DNA of 64,000 bases, taken from the NCBI GenBank assembly GCA_963696395.1, contig CAVOJZ010000002.1, forward strand, positions 720,619 through 784,618. The letters are read 5' to 3'. Shown in pieces: positions 26,980 through 36,629 of the stretch. The position numbers and the translations under genes were made by a program. Each line of letters begins with the position of its first letter. Position 1 is the stretch's first letter. A model generated the notes under the pieces. The model was not told where the DNA came from. It saw only the letters and a list, made by a program, of their open reading frames with translations, and ran no database searches. Source of the DNA: an uncultured bacterium (lineage in GTDB: Bacteria; Patescibacteriota; Minisyncoccia; UBA6257; 2-01-FULL-56-20).

Positions 26980-29517
26980 ATGACCCGCTATTTTTTAGTA
27001 TTTCTCATACTTGGCCTGTTTTTTTTCGTTCCACACGCCGAAGCGGCAACCTGGTATAACACGGCTTGGGGTTATCGAAATTTATTGACGATCAACGCTT
27101 CGAAGGTTTCATCGTCAAGCGTCACGACCTCAACTTACGTCAATTTTCCTGCCTTGGTGAGTTTTGCCACGAGCAGCCAGCTTGCATCGGCGGCGCAAGC
27201 GAGCGGTACCGACATTCTTTTTACCGACAGTGACGGCGCAACCTTATTGAACTTCGAAATCGAGCACTATACGAGTAGCACGGGAGAACTTGAAGCGTGG
27301 GTAAAAATACCGCTGGTTTCAACTTCCACGAATACAAATTTTTATATGTATTACGGGAATCCTTCCGCGACATCCAGTTTGCAAAACGTGACCGGAACAT
27401 GGAATAGCTATTACACATCGGTTTGGCACTTTCCGAGTATCAACGGCACCACAACCTTTTCGGCAAAAGACTCATCTGGAGACGGTAATAACGGCACCAT
27501 CGTCGGCGGTGCGACGAGTACGGTTGGGCAGATTGACGGCGCGGCAAATTTTAACGGGAAAAGCCAAGATATTACAACTCCCTATGTGCAAGTTTCGTCA
27601 ACTGCTTACACCGTTGAAGCCTGGATAAAAATTCCTTCGACTGCAACGACAACTCAAGTGATAGTAAATGACCGAGGCAGCGGCGCTGGCCACTCGCTCA
27701 CCCTCGCCCTCGACGGCAACCTTGCCTGCGGCAGCACATCCTGTGGCGGCACGCTTGGCAGCGTGGGAAGTCCGACCGGTAAGCTGATGTTCGGTGACGA
27801 CTCAAATAACATCTGGATCGGCACTGAGGCAAGCAACACAGCGATCAATGACGGTAACTGGCATTTCGTCGCCGGATCATGGACAGCGACTTCCGGCGTG
27901 GCCATTGCTCCAAGCCAGTTTAAGGTTTATGTCGACGGTGCGATACCGGTGACAGCGACATCAGGCAATACGGGAACCGACAGTTCGCCGCTGACCGGTC
28001 TTGCAAGTACTACGATCGCATACCATGCGCCATGGACCGCCTACTTCACGGGTGCGATCGACGAATTGCGCATCGCAGAAAAAAATTTGTCGGCCGCATG
28101 GATTGCGACCGAGTATAACAATCAAAAATCGCCCGCAACGTTCATCACGACCGCTCCGCAGGAGACCCCGCCGGCTTTCACGCAGTCCGATTTTCGATGG
28201 TTTGCAAACATTGCTTCGAGTTCCGTTGGATCGCCGCTTGCTGCGCAAAACACAACGACAACGGCGCAGTTGGTAACCAGCTCGACTTTTCGATTACGCA
28301 TGCTCATACGGGTGACCGGCAGTCAGCTCAATTCCAGTTCGCAAGCGTTCAATCTCCAATATGTGGATGCCGGGACCGGCAGTTGCACAGCTCCATCCGG
28401 GGGAAATCCGGCGAGTTATTCAAATATTTCAACATCAACCGGATTATTCCAGTATTTCAGCAATGCAGGCGTCACGGACGGTGGCCCTCTCGTGCCGACG
28501 AGCACCGATCCGGTTGACGGAACGAGCACAGTCGTCAACGAAACCTACGACCAATCCAATCCGTATTCGGATTCCCAGGGAGCGATACCGGCGACCGCGG
28601 ATGGAAAATGGGATTTTTCGCTTACCGACAGCGGGGCAAAAGTTGGGACAACCTATTGCTTCCGCGGGGTTACGGCGAGCGGCACTGCGTTTTCTTCTTA
28701 TGCCGTTTATCCAACGGTTGTGATTGGTAACGTCGCTCCAGCGGTTAGTGCGGTCACCTTGAATGGGAATAACAGCATTACCCTCATCGTCGCAACAACC
28801 ACTTTGATCCAGGCAACGGGGACGGTGAGTGACGGCAATGGATATACTGACATCGCGACAACCACTGCGGTAATCTATCGAACGAGCCTTGGCCAAAATT
28901 GTTCGCCTGATAATAACGACTGCTATATAACACCTGCTTGTTCTTTGAGCTCGTGCTTCGGGACGACGTGCAATGCCACGTGCGGCGCCCAGATATGGTA
29001 TTTTGCCCAACCAACCGACTCGGGAACACCGTGGTCGGGCGATTCATGGTCGGCGGCGATAAACGCAACCGATTTTTCAAATGCCACGGGGACAGCGACA
29101 AGCACCGGCGTCCAGCTTTTGTCGCTTCTCGGACTTCAGGTTGCGTCGTCAATCAGTTACGGATCTTTTATCCCCGGACAAACTATGGCTTCGCTCACGG
29201 TACCGGTCGCCATAACCTCAGTCGGTAATGTTTCCTTAAATGTCACATTGTATGGCACTAATATGACGAGCGGGGCAAACAGTGTTGCAGTTGGAAATCA
29301 ACACTACGCAACATCGGTCCTGTCTTTTGCGGCGGGCACTGCGTTGCTCGCCAATCCCGGCACGACTGTGGCGCTTGCAATACCCAAAACAACCTCGACG
29401 AATCCTGGAAGTACGCTTATAGATTGGGGAATTGCCATCCCGAGCCCCCAGGCGTCAGGGAATTTTACGGGAGTAAATACGTTTATCGGCGTGGAGAATT
29501 CGCTGCCGTGGCCATAA
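26980..29517 (+). CDS. secreted protein with DUF2341-like and LamG/concanavalin-A-like lectin domains and the shared C-terminal module
   Basis: Signal peptide. DUF2341-like N-terminus (WYNTAWGYRNLLTIN...TNFYMYYGNPSA). Laminin-G-like beta-sandwich (TVEAWIKIPS...GNWHFVAGSW...FKVYVDGA). The C-terminus aligns with 33629 (…GVNTFIGVENSLPWP). Confidence 0.7.
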   Translation: MTRYFLVFLILGLFFFVPHAEAATWYNTAWGYRNLLTINASKVSSSSVTTSTYVNFPALVSFATSSQLASAAQASGTDILFTDSDGATLLNFEIEHYTSSTGELEAWVKIPLVSTSTNTNFYMYYGNPSATSSLQNVTGTWNSYYTSVWHFPSINGTTTFSAKDSSGDGNNGTIVGGATSTVGQIDGAANFNGKSQDITTPYVQVSSTAYTVEAWIKIPSTATTTQVIVNDRGSGAGHSLTLALDGNLACGSTSCGGTLGSVGSPTGKLMFGDDSNNIWIGTEASNTAINDGNWHFVAGSWTATSGVAIAPSQFKVYVDGAIPVTATSGNTGTDSSPLTGLASTTIAYHAPWTAYFTGAIDELRIAEKNLSAAWIATEYNNQKSPATFITTAPQETPPAFTQSDFRWFANIASSSVGSPLAAQNTTTTAQLVTSSTFRLRMLIRVTGSQLNSSSQAFNLQYVDAGTGSCTAPSGGNPASYSNISTSTGLFQYFSNAGVTDGGPLVPTSTDPVDGTSTVVNETYDQSNPYSDSQGAIPATADGKWDFSLTDSGAKVGTTYCFRGVTASGTAFSSYAVYPTVVIGNVAPAVSAVTLNGNNSITLIVATTTLIQATGTVSDGNGYTDIATTTAVIYRTSLGQNCSPDNNDCYITPACSLSSCFGTTCNATCGAQIWYFAQPTDSGTPWSGDSWSAAINATDFSNATGTATSTGVQLLSLLGLQVASSISYGSFIPGQTMASLTVPVAITSVGNVSLNVTLYGTNMTSGANSVAVGNQHYATSVLSFAAGTALLANPGTTVALAIPKTTSTNPGSTLIDWGIAIPSPQASGNFTGVNTFIGVENSLPWP

Positions 29518-29542
29518 TTATGCATGGTAAAATGAAAGTATT

Positions 29543-31027
29543 ATGCGTTTGCGTTATCTGATTGCCGTGGTTATCGTGGTGTCGGCGCTCGCCGCCGCTC
29601 CGTTCGTCTTTCGACGGGTGAGCGCCGACTCTTCGCCGACGATTTCAGATGTCTCCTTGGCGAACGTCGGCGCCACGTCCACCGTGCTCACGTGGACGAG
29701 TGACGTGAAGACAGACAGTTATGTTGATGTGAGTCAGGATACCAATTACTGCGGAATCCGGAATTCCGGAGGGTTGGACACATCTCACAGTGTTGCCGTT
29801 CCAAACCTTGAACCCGATACAACCTATTTCTTCAGGATCCGCTCGACCGATGCGAATGGTAATCAGAGTTTTTCGGGCGATTACACATTCACAACAACAA
29901 GTACGGGGAATACGCCGAGCCTGAGTTCGATCGCGAATCCGCAGCAACAAAGCCTTGCCGCCAAGGCAATTTCAGCCATCCAACAGATCGCGAGCCCGCA
30001 GGCATTGAGCGCCGTACAGCAATCACTTAATGCGCAGGCAAGCCAGGTGGTTGGGCCGCCAAAAATTTTAGGAAACCCTCAAATTGACATTGGAACCGAT
30101 CAAGCGACGATATCATGGAATACGGATGAGAATGCGAATGGGGTGGTTTATATCGCTTCAGACGCGGAATACAGTCCGGGTTCCTCGAACCCTTATTCGC
30201 GCGAAGAGCAGGACACGAACGACAGCACTCAATCGCACCAGGTTGTCGTGTACGGGTTGAACCCTTCAACGCTCTACCATTACCAGGTTTCCTCGCAGGG
30301 ATCGCTTGGCGATGCCGGAACAAGCGGAGATCTCACATTCACAACGAAAGCGGTTCTGCCAAACATTTTGAATCCGCACCTCGTAAAGGTGGGCGAGCAT
30401 GATGCGACAGTGAGTTGGGGCACGCCCCTGCCTTCTGCCGGGACGGTGACTTACGAAAACCTCTCAACAAGACAATCGGCCTCCGTTGGCGACCCGTCAT
30501 TCCTCGTGACCCACATCATCCAGCTCACCAATCTCATTTTCCAAACACGATATTCATTGACGATCCAGGCGACGAATCAGGCGGGGGATATTGTCACGAG
30601 CCAGCCGCTATATTTTGTAACAACAAAAAATATTATCCCGCCGATTATCTCGCAGGTTAATAACGATTCGACGCTCTATCCGGGGCAGGATACGACGGTT
30701 CAAACGGTGATTTCCTGGCAAACCGACGAACCGGCATCATGCAATCTTTCCTACGTGACGGGCGGCGCGACTGCGGAGGCGGATGTTGTCTCGTCAACGC
30801 CGGAAGCTGCATTTCTCACGAAACATGTGGATGTGGTCACTAACTTCGAGCCGGCAACCGTTTATAAGTATTGGGTTACGTGCACGGATACCGATGGAAA
30901 TACGACAAGCTCGGAGGATTTCGTCTTGCTTACGCCGGAACAGCAAAAGAGCATCGTTGACCTTATTATCGACAACTTTAAAGGTACGTTTGGCTGGTTG
31001 AATGGTGTCGGCGGCGCAAAAAAATAA
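29543..31027 (+). CDS. secreted/anchored protein with three FN3-like (purple-acid-phosphatase-N-like) domains
   Basis: N-terminal hydrophobic segment. The motif SxxxTSTVLTWTSD...TTYFFRIRSTDANGN...YTFTT is repeated three times. The stop lies 1 nt before the ABC ATPase start. Confidence 0.65.
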   Translation: MRLRYLIAVVIVVSALAAAPFVFRRVSADSSPTISDVSLANVGATSTVLTWTSDVKTDSYVDVSQDTNYCGIRNSGGLDTSHSVAVPNLEPDTTYFFRIRSTDANGNQSFSGDYTFTTTSTGNTPSLSSIANPQQQSLAAKAISAIQQIASPQALSAVQQSLNAQASQVVGPPKILGNPQIDIGTDQATISWNTDENANGVVYIASDAEYSPGSSNPYSREEQDTNDSTQSHQVVVYGLNPSTLYHYQVSSQGSLGDAGTSGDLTFTTKAVLPNILNPHLVKVGEHDATVSWGTPLPSAGTVTYENLSTRQSASVGDPSFLVTHIIQLTNLIFQTRYSLTIQATNQAGDIVTSQPLYFVTTKNIIPPIISQVNNDSTLYPGQDTTVQTVISWQTDEPASCNLSYVTGGATAEADVVSSTPEAAFLTKHVDVVTNFEPATVYKYWVTCTDTDGNTTSSEDFVLLTPEQQKSIVDLIIDNFKGTFGWLNGVGGAKK

Positions 31028-31028
31028 T

Positions 31029-32339
31029 ATGATTGAGCCGATAATCAAAGTTAACAATATCAAGGTTATTTACAATGAGGGTAAGGCAAACGAATACGAT
31101 GCATTGCGCGGGGAGAGTTTGGAAATTTATCCGAATGAATACATTATTCTTTTCGGGCCGTCTGGCTGTGGCAAATCAACGCTTCTCTACTCTCTGCTCG
31201 GCATTCTCCCGCCGACATCCGGCGAGGTGCTCGTCAAAAATGAAAATCCGTACAAGTACAACGTTAAGCAGATGGTCCGATTCCAACGGTCCACGGTCGG
31301 AATCATTTATCAATCGTTCAACCTGATTCCATCGCTCAGTGTGCTCGACAACGTTGCGTTGCCGCTCATCTTCGCCGGCATTCCGAAGGCGGAACGCGAC
31401 CGGCGGGGGATGCAACTTTTGAAACGGTTCGGCGTTGACCAGCAAGCGCATAAACTTTCAACAAATCTTTCCGGAGGACAATCTCAGCGCGTGGCTGTCG
31501 CGCGGTCGCTCGTGAACGATCCGGAAATTCTTTTCGCTGATGAGCCCGTCGGAAACCTGGACTCGTTGTCATCCGACCAGGTTATGGGCACGCTTGAGGA
31601 GATCAATATAAAAGATCGGAAAACGGTTATTCTCGTAACCCACGATGCAAAGTTATTGCCTTATGCCCATCGCGTTTATTATCTGCGCGATGGACAGGTG
31701 GAACGCGAAGTGATCAACCCCGAGAAAAAACAAATCAAACAGACCGACCCGGGGACATCGGTGCTTTCTGAAATTGAAAAACTTGCCCGTATTTATCCGT
31801 ATGCGTCGCCTCAGGAGCTCCGCGTGAAGAGCGTTGTTAATTTTTTGACCCAGGACGTCGGCTATGACCAGATTGAGCGTCTCGAAAAATGCGTGGGAAT
31901 GTATATAGACGGCAAGTTGAACGACGCCGGATTTGTCGAACATCTCACGAAAAACATCGAAATGGGCGGCCCCGAAATTAAGAAAGATCGGGCTGATTTG
32001 TTTTTGGAAAAAATTAACATTATCCTGAAGGAAGCTCGGGAAATCAGGGTTTACCGAGATAATTTCAGTGCCCGAGTCGCTTCCCCCCGGCAGGCCGACC
32101 GGATTGCCGAAGTCCGACAGGAAATTATGCGGGAATGCGGCTTCTCCCTGTCGCCGGAACAAATTGCCCGGTTCGATGAGTTGTTGAAATTCCGCATCCG
32201 CGGATTTATTCAGCAGGAGGATATGCGCAGACGGCTTGAGGGAAAGTTTGAAGATGACGGCATCGGCCTCAATCCCGACATTGCAAGAGAATCCTCGCGT
32301 TACCTTGAAAAGTTATTGGGCCAGGGCATGTACATATAA
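31029..32339 (+). CDS. ABC transporter ATP-binding protein (MacB/LolD/FtsE-type) with a C-terminal extension of about 210 aa
   Basis: Walker A GPSGCGKSTLL, Q-loop and signature LSGGQSQRVAVARSL, Walker B ILFADEPVGNLD. Residues about 230 to 445 lie beyond the ABC domain and match no family I recognise. Confidence 0.85.
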   Translation: MIEPIIKVNNIKVIYNEGKANEYDALRGESLEIYPNEYIILFGPSGCGKSTLLYSLLGILPPTSGEVLVKNENPYKYNVKQMVRFQRSTVGIIYQSFNLIPSLSVLDNVALPLIFAGIPKAERDRRGMQLLKRFGVDQQAHKLSTNLSGGQSQRVAVARSLVNDPEILFADEPVGNLDSLSSDQVMGTLEEINIKDRKTVILVTHDAKLLPYAHRVYYLRDGQVEREVINPEKKQIKQTDPGTSVLSEIEKLARIYPYASPQELRVKSVVNFLTQDVGYDQIERLEKCVGMYIDGKLNDAGFVEHLTKNIEMGGPEIKKDRADLFLEKINIILKEAREIRVYRDNFSARVASPRQADRIAEVRQEIMRECGFSLSPEQIARFDELLKFRIRGFIQQEDMRRRLEGKFEDDGIGLNPDIARESSRYLEKLLGQGMYI

Positions 32340-32349
32340 TTTTTATATC

Positions 32350-33555
32350 ATGAGAGCAATTGATGCATTAAAACTTTCGACGAGAATGTTCAAGACGAAT
32401 CCTGCGAGGACCTGGCTTACGATTCTCGGCATGGGCGTCGGCACGTCGGCCGTTGTGATGCTCGTCGGTCTTGGTTTTGGCTTGCAAAACATTCTTCTCG
32501 AGAAAATTGTTTTCGGGGACACCTTGCTCAGCCTCACGGTGACCAATCCGCCCTCGAACGCGGTCACGCTGAACGATGCGACCCTCGCCGAATTCAAAGC
32601 GATACCAAACGTGAACGATGTTTCACCGCTCGCGGATTTTTCTTCCGTTGTGACGTTCAACGGGTTGAGCGCCAACACGGATCTTCAGGGCGTCCAGGCG
32701 TCATATTTTAAATATGCCGGCATCGCGATGGCGGCAGGGAAGTCATTCACAGACAGTCCCGGTGACGGAAACGATATTATTCTTTCGAGCGCCGCACTTC
32801 AGTTATTCGGTGTCACCGACCCGAATCAGATTTTAGGGAAACCGGTATCATTCCGTGTCATCGCGTCGGCGGTTGGAACGTCGGGCTCGGCTGACCAGGT
32901 TCCGTTAAACGGCAATTTTACCGTGACCGGCGTGACGAACGATGCAGCGGCAATTTATGCCATGATTCCGCTTGCGACGCTTTCGTCGCAAGTCGGCATC
33001 ACCTCCTATGATAAGGTTCAGGTCCGCGTATCGGCTAGCGGTTTTTTGAACGACGTGCAAACGGCAATTGTCGCGGCTGGATTCGTTGTTTCTGCACTTT
33101 CAAAGACCGTCGATCAGGCAAATCAAATTTTTAGCGGTGTCCAGGCGGTGCTTGCCGGCTTCGGTGGTATCGCTCTCGTCGTCTCCGCAATCGGTATGTT
33201 TAACACCATGACCGTTACGCTGCTTGAGCGTACAAACGAAATTGGTGTTATGCGCACGCTCGGTGCGTCTCCGCGCGACATCCAGATTCTGTTTTTGTCG
33301 GAAGCGGTTGTTGTGGGATTCCTTGGGGGAATGACTGGCATGGCTATGGGCATCGCCGGAGGTCTCATCATAAATTACCTTCTCAATCTTGTTGCTGCGC
33401 ATTATGGGGGGGCAGCAGTAGCCCTTTTTGCCTTCCCGGGAACGTTTTTGGGGTTTATCACATTCTTTTCCGCAATCGTCGGCTTTATCACAGGAATTTT
33501 CCCTGCTCGCCGCGCGTCATCAATTAGCCCACTTGAGGCCATCCGCTACAAGTAA
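32350..33555 (+). CDS. ABC transporter permease, FtsX/MacB family
   Basis: N-terminal TM, a large periplasmic loop, and a C-terminal FtsX domain with three TM segments (MRTLGASPRDIQILFLSEAVVVGFLGGMTGMAMGIAGG). Start moved to the Met at 32350, after the upstream stop. Confidence 0.8.
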   Translation: MRAIDALKLSTRMFKTNPARTWLTILGMGVGTSAVVMLVGLGFGLQNILLEKIVFGDTLLSLTVTNPPSNAVTLNDATLAEFKAIPNVNDVSPLADFSSVVTFNGLSANTDLQGVQASYFKYAGIAMAAGKSFTDSPGDGNDIILSSAALQLFGVTDPNQILGKPVSFRVIASAVGTSGSADQVPLNGNFTVTGVTNDAAAIYAMIPLATLSSQVGITSYDKVQVRVSASGFLNDVQTAIVAAGFVVSALSKTVDQANQIFSGVQAVLAGFGGIALVVSAIGMFNTMTVTLLERTNEIGVMRTLGASPRDIQILFLSEAVVVGFLGGMTGMAMGIAGGLIINYLLNLVAAHYGGAAVALFAFPGTFLGFITFFSAIVGFITGIFPARRASSISPLEAIRYK

Positions 33556-33628
33556 GCTGGGCTTTGTGGCTCACTTGTGGATAACCGGTCTTTTTCTGGG
33601 GATAGCATAGGGTATAATTATAGTAATT

Positions 33629-35458
33629 ATGAATCCTTTCGGATCACGAGGGAAAGTTGCGGTTTCAATCATTGTTTTTGCGTTTATGGTGGCCGCCGCT
33701 ATTTTGGTTACCACTTTTTGGGGGAGCGATTCGATTCGGCATGCCCGGTTTGCTTTGGCGCAAAGTACGGCAACAACAACCGTAAACATTCTGAATACGC
33801 CGCCGAACTGGACAGAAAATCCGTTTGAGAATCCAGTATCCTCAACTTCGTCGCCTACGAATGCCGGCAATCCTGTCACGTGGTACGCCATCGGCACCGA
33901 TCCTAATAGTGATGCCTATTACCTGCTTCTTTGTAAAAATAGCAGTACGCCGACCGCGGCAAACGGCGCGGCTCCGAGTTGCGCTGGCGGCGCAGGAAAT
34001 CAATGGGCGGTTTCCACTTCAACGGTGAGCGGATCCACCTCAACGGTTTCATACGTCACGTCTTCAACCGATCCTCAGATCGATCCATGGTTTGCATGGA
34101 TCTGCGATGGCAATGCGGGCGGTGCGCAATGTAATGGAACCTACCAGCAAGGCTCAGGCTCTTCCGGATCTCCGTTCGTGGTAAATCATCGGCCGAACTT
34201 TTCAAGTTTTTCAAACAATTCTCCGGCGGTTCCTGGAGCGGTAGTGACATGGTCAACGACTGCGTCCGATACCGATAACTTTACGGGAGCAACCGACACC
34301 GTTCAGCTTTTCGTATGTAAAGCAAACGATTTCACGGGAACGTCCTGCGGTGGCGGAGGAACATTCTGTTCTTCGACGGCGTCGCTGGTGAATCCAAGCT
34401 GCTCGAGTACAATTGCAATTCCTACTCAGGACAAAGGATATTCATCTTACGGCTATGTTATCGACCAGCACCAGTTTGCGGCTTTAGGTGGAGCTGAAGG
34501 AACGAACGCAACCGAAACGGTAAGCGCGGTCGCGCCAACCATCGCTTCTTCGAGTATCAACCTTTTGAATGTCGGAGGTTCAAGCACTCCGCTTACGTTA
34601 ACGAATCCCGGCGGACAAACAACCGGGTTTCAGGTGACATTCACCGCGTCGGACAATAATAGTTGCTTGAATCCGCTTGGTGGCCAGGAAGTTGCAACGG
34701 CGAGCATCGACGTTTTCCGAACCGGGGTCGGTCTTGGAAGCTGTTCGTCAACGGGAAATTATAATGCGAATAATTGTTATCCGGCCGCCGTCGGTACAAC
34801 AACATGGGCTTTTAGCTGTTCGCAGAATGTAGGTTCGTGTTCGGGATCGAGCTCTATAACATCACAATGGACATGCACGTTCCCGCTCTGGTATGTCGCT
34901 GATCCAACGGATGGAACAGCCACAAGCACTCAATACTACAACCAGGCTTGGGCGGCAGCCGTGCAGGCAACGAATTATCTTGGCACCACAAGTACGATAA
35001 CGCAGGGCGCAACCACGAATACCGTCTTGAGTTTCCTTGCGTCACAGCTGAATACGCCGGCGATTAGTTTCGGAGCTTTGCCTCCGGGTTCGACGACTCC
35101 GACGCTTGCCGCCACAACTACGATGTCCGAGCTGGGTAATCTTGGCTTAAACGAGACGTTGTACGGCGTTGATATGTGCCCGACCTATCCTGGTTGCCCG
35201 TCTTCACCGACGTCAACTATTCCGGCTGGATCGATTGCTTATGCAAGCTCGGCTGTTGCATACGCTTTGGGAAACAGCCTGGCCTATAACCCGGGCAACC
35301 TCTTTGCAATCCAGATTCCGAAATCAACCTCAACCGCGACGTCATCGCTTGGCACGACATTCTGGGGACTTTCGGTTCCGGGAACGATCCAATTATCGGG
35401 AGCCTACACCGGCCAGAACACGTTCATCGCAGTCCGCAGCGCGCCGGGCGCATGGTAG
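33629..35458 (+). CDS. secreted Thr/Ser/Gly-rich surface protein with the shared C-terminal module (WxL-like)
   Basis: N-terminal anchor/signal. The C-terminal roughly 140 aa (NTVLSFLASQLNTPAISFGALPPGST...TFWGLSVPG...NTFIAVRSAPGAW) aligns with the C-terminus of 26980. Confidence 0.65.
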   Translation: MNPFGSRGKVAVSIIVFAFMVAAAILVTTFWGSDSIRHARFALAQSTATTTVNILNTPPNWTENPFENPVSSTSSPTNAGNPVTWYAIGTDPNSDAYYLLLCKNSSTPTAANGAAPSCAGGAGNQWAVSTSTVSGSTSTVSYVTSSTDPQIDPWFAWICDGNAGGAQCNGTYQQGSGSSGSPFVVNHRPNFSSFSNNSPAVPGAVVTWSTTASDTDNFTGATDTVQLFVCKANDFTGTSCGGGGTFCSSTASLVNPSCSSTIAIPTQDKGYSSYGYVIDQHQFAALGGAEGTNATETVSAVAPTIASSSINLLNVGGSSTPLTLTNPGGQTTGFQVTFTASDNNSCLNPLGGQEVATASIDVFRTGVGLGSCSSTGNYNANNCYPAAVGTTTWAFSCSQNVGSCSGSSSITSQWTCTFPLWYVADPTDGTATSTQYYNQAWAAAVQATNYLGTTSTITQGATTNTVLSFLASQLNTPAISFGALPPGSTTPTLAATTTMSELGNLGLNETLYGVDMCPTYPGCPSSPTSTIPAGSIAYASSAVAYALGNSLAYNPGNLFAIQIPKSTSTATSSLGTTFWGLSVPGTIQLSGAYTGQNTFIAVRSAPGAW

Positions 35459-35577
35459 TCTTTTATACACGGGATTTCCCCATTACAGAAAAAGCGTGTG
35501 TTTGTGTGGTATTATTACGTGAGGAGTCGGACGGGCTTGGAAGCTGACCCGGTTTTATTTTTTTCGGCGACGTCGCG

Positions 35578-36600
35578 ATGAAAAAAAGCTTTTCTATAAT
35601 TGCAGGGGTGCTCACTGTGACAGGATTTTGGGCAGTGGCGTTGATGCCAGCCTTGCGCGCGCAGGCGGACGGGTTTGGAATTACGCCGCCATACGTGACG
35701 AATGACCAGCTCACGCAAAATTCTGAATATGATCAGACGATTATTTTGGTACGGAGCAATCCGACACAAGACCTTCAAGCGAAGGTCTCTATTAATGTAC
35801 CGGGCGCAAATAACTGGATCACGATAGATCGAGGTACGCAATTCGTGCTTCCCGCAGGGACTCAGCAGGAGCCCATGATTGTGAGCGTGAAAGTTCCGGG
35901 AGATGCAAAGCTCGGAAATTATTCGGGGAATATTCAGGTGGTTGTTTCGCCGCTTGCAGGACCAAGCAAGGGAACGGTAGGCATCACGATCGGCGCTCAG
36001 ATAGATGTGAATCTCCAGGTGATCGATAGCCACAGCGCAAAGCTCGCTGTCCGGCGGGTTATCATGCAAAATACCGAGGTGGGACACACGTGGTGGTGGA
36101 TGCATTTTCCGGGAAAAATCATTTTCTCAATGGATTTGAATAATTCCGGAAATATATCCGGAGCACCTGGTAGGGTGGTGTTCCAATATCAGGTTTATCT
36201 TACGGGGAACACGCTCGAAACCGAACAAAACACGAACGGTCTCGATTCGGTTGCGCCGTTTCAGGCAAAGACCGTAATAGCCGAAATGCCGACGTATTTG
36301 CCGCAAGGCAGTTATAGGGTTTTTTATCAGATTTATGGACCAAACAACACGGATATTATCGGCCAGGGGAATTTGGATCTCGCTGTTTTGCCGGCCGGAA
36401 CGCTTGCGGGATATATAGGATATAATTTCTGGGGACTCCGGTGGAGCGAGAAGCTCATGACCTTTGGTATCATCATCCTTATTCTGCTCGTCCTCTACGG
36501 TATCTATGCGGGCATCCGCCTGTTTATTCGAAAGACTCGGCGGGGCGGGAGAAAAGGCAGGATACCAACGCCGCCCTCACCTCCGAGCCATTATCGTTAG
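35578..36600 (+). CDS. cell-surface protein, fourth paralog of the anchor family (DUF916-like)
   Basis: Signal peptide and beta-rich ectodomain. C-terminal TM (LMTFGIIILILLVLYGIYAGI) and basic tail (RLFIRKTRRGGRKGR). Confidence 0.65.
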   Translation: MKKSFSIIAGVLTVTGFWAVALMPALRAQADGFGITPPYVTNDQLTQNSEYDQTIILVRSNPTQDLQAKVSINVPGANNWITIDRGTQFVLPAGTQQEPMIVSVKVPGDAKLGNYSGNIQVVVSPLAGPSKGTVGITIGAQIDVNLQVIDSHSAKLAVRRVIMQNTEVGHTWWWMHFPGKIIFSMDLNNSGNISGAPGRVVFQYQVYLTGNTLETEQNTNGLDSVAPFQAKTVIAEMPTYLPQGSYRVFYQIYGPNNTDIIGQGNLDLAVLPAGTLAGYIGYNFWGLRWSEKLMTFGIIILILLVLYGIYAGIRLFIRKTRRGGRKGRIPTPPSPPSHYR

Positions 36601-36629
36601 GTGCCTGTTGTAAATAAAAAAGACGAATC

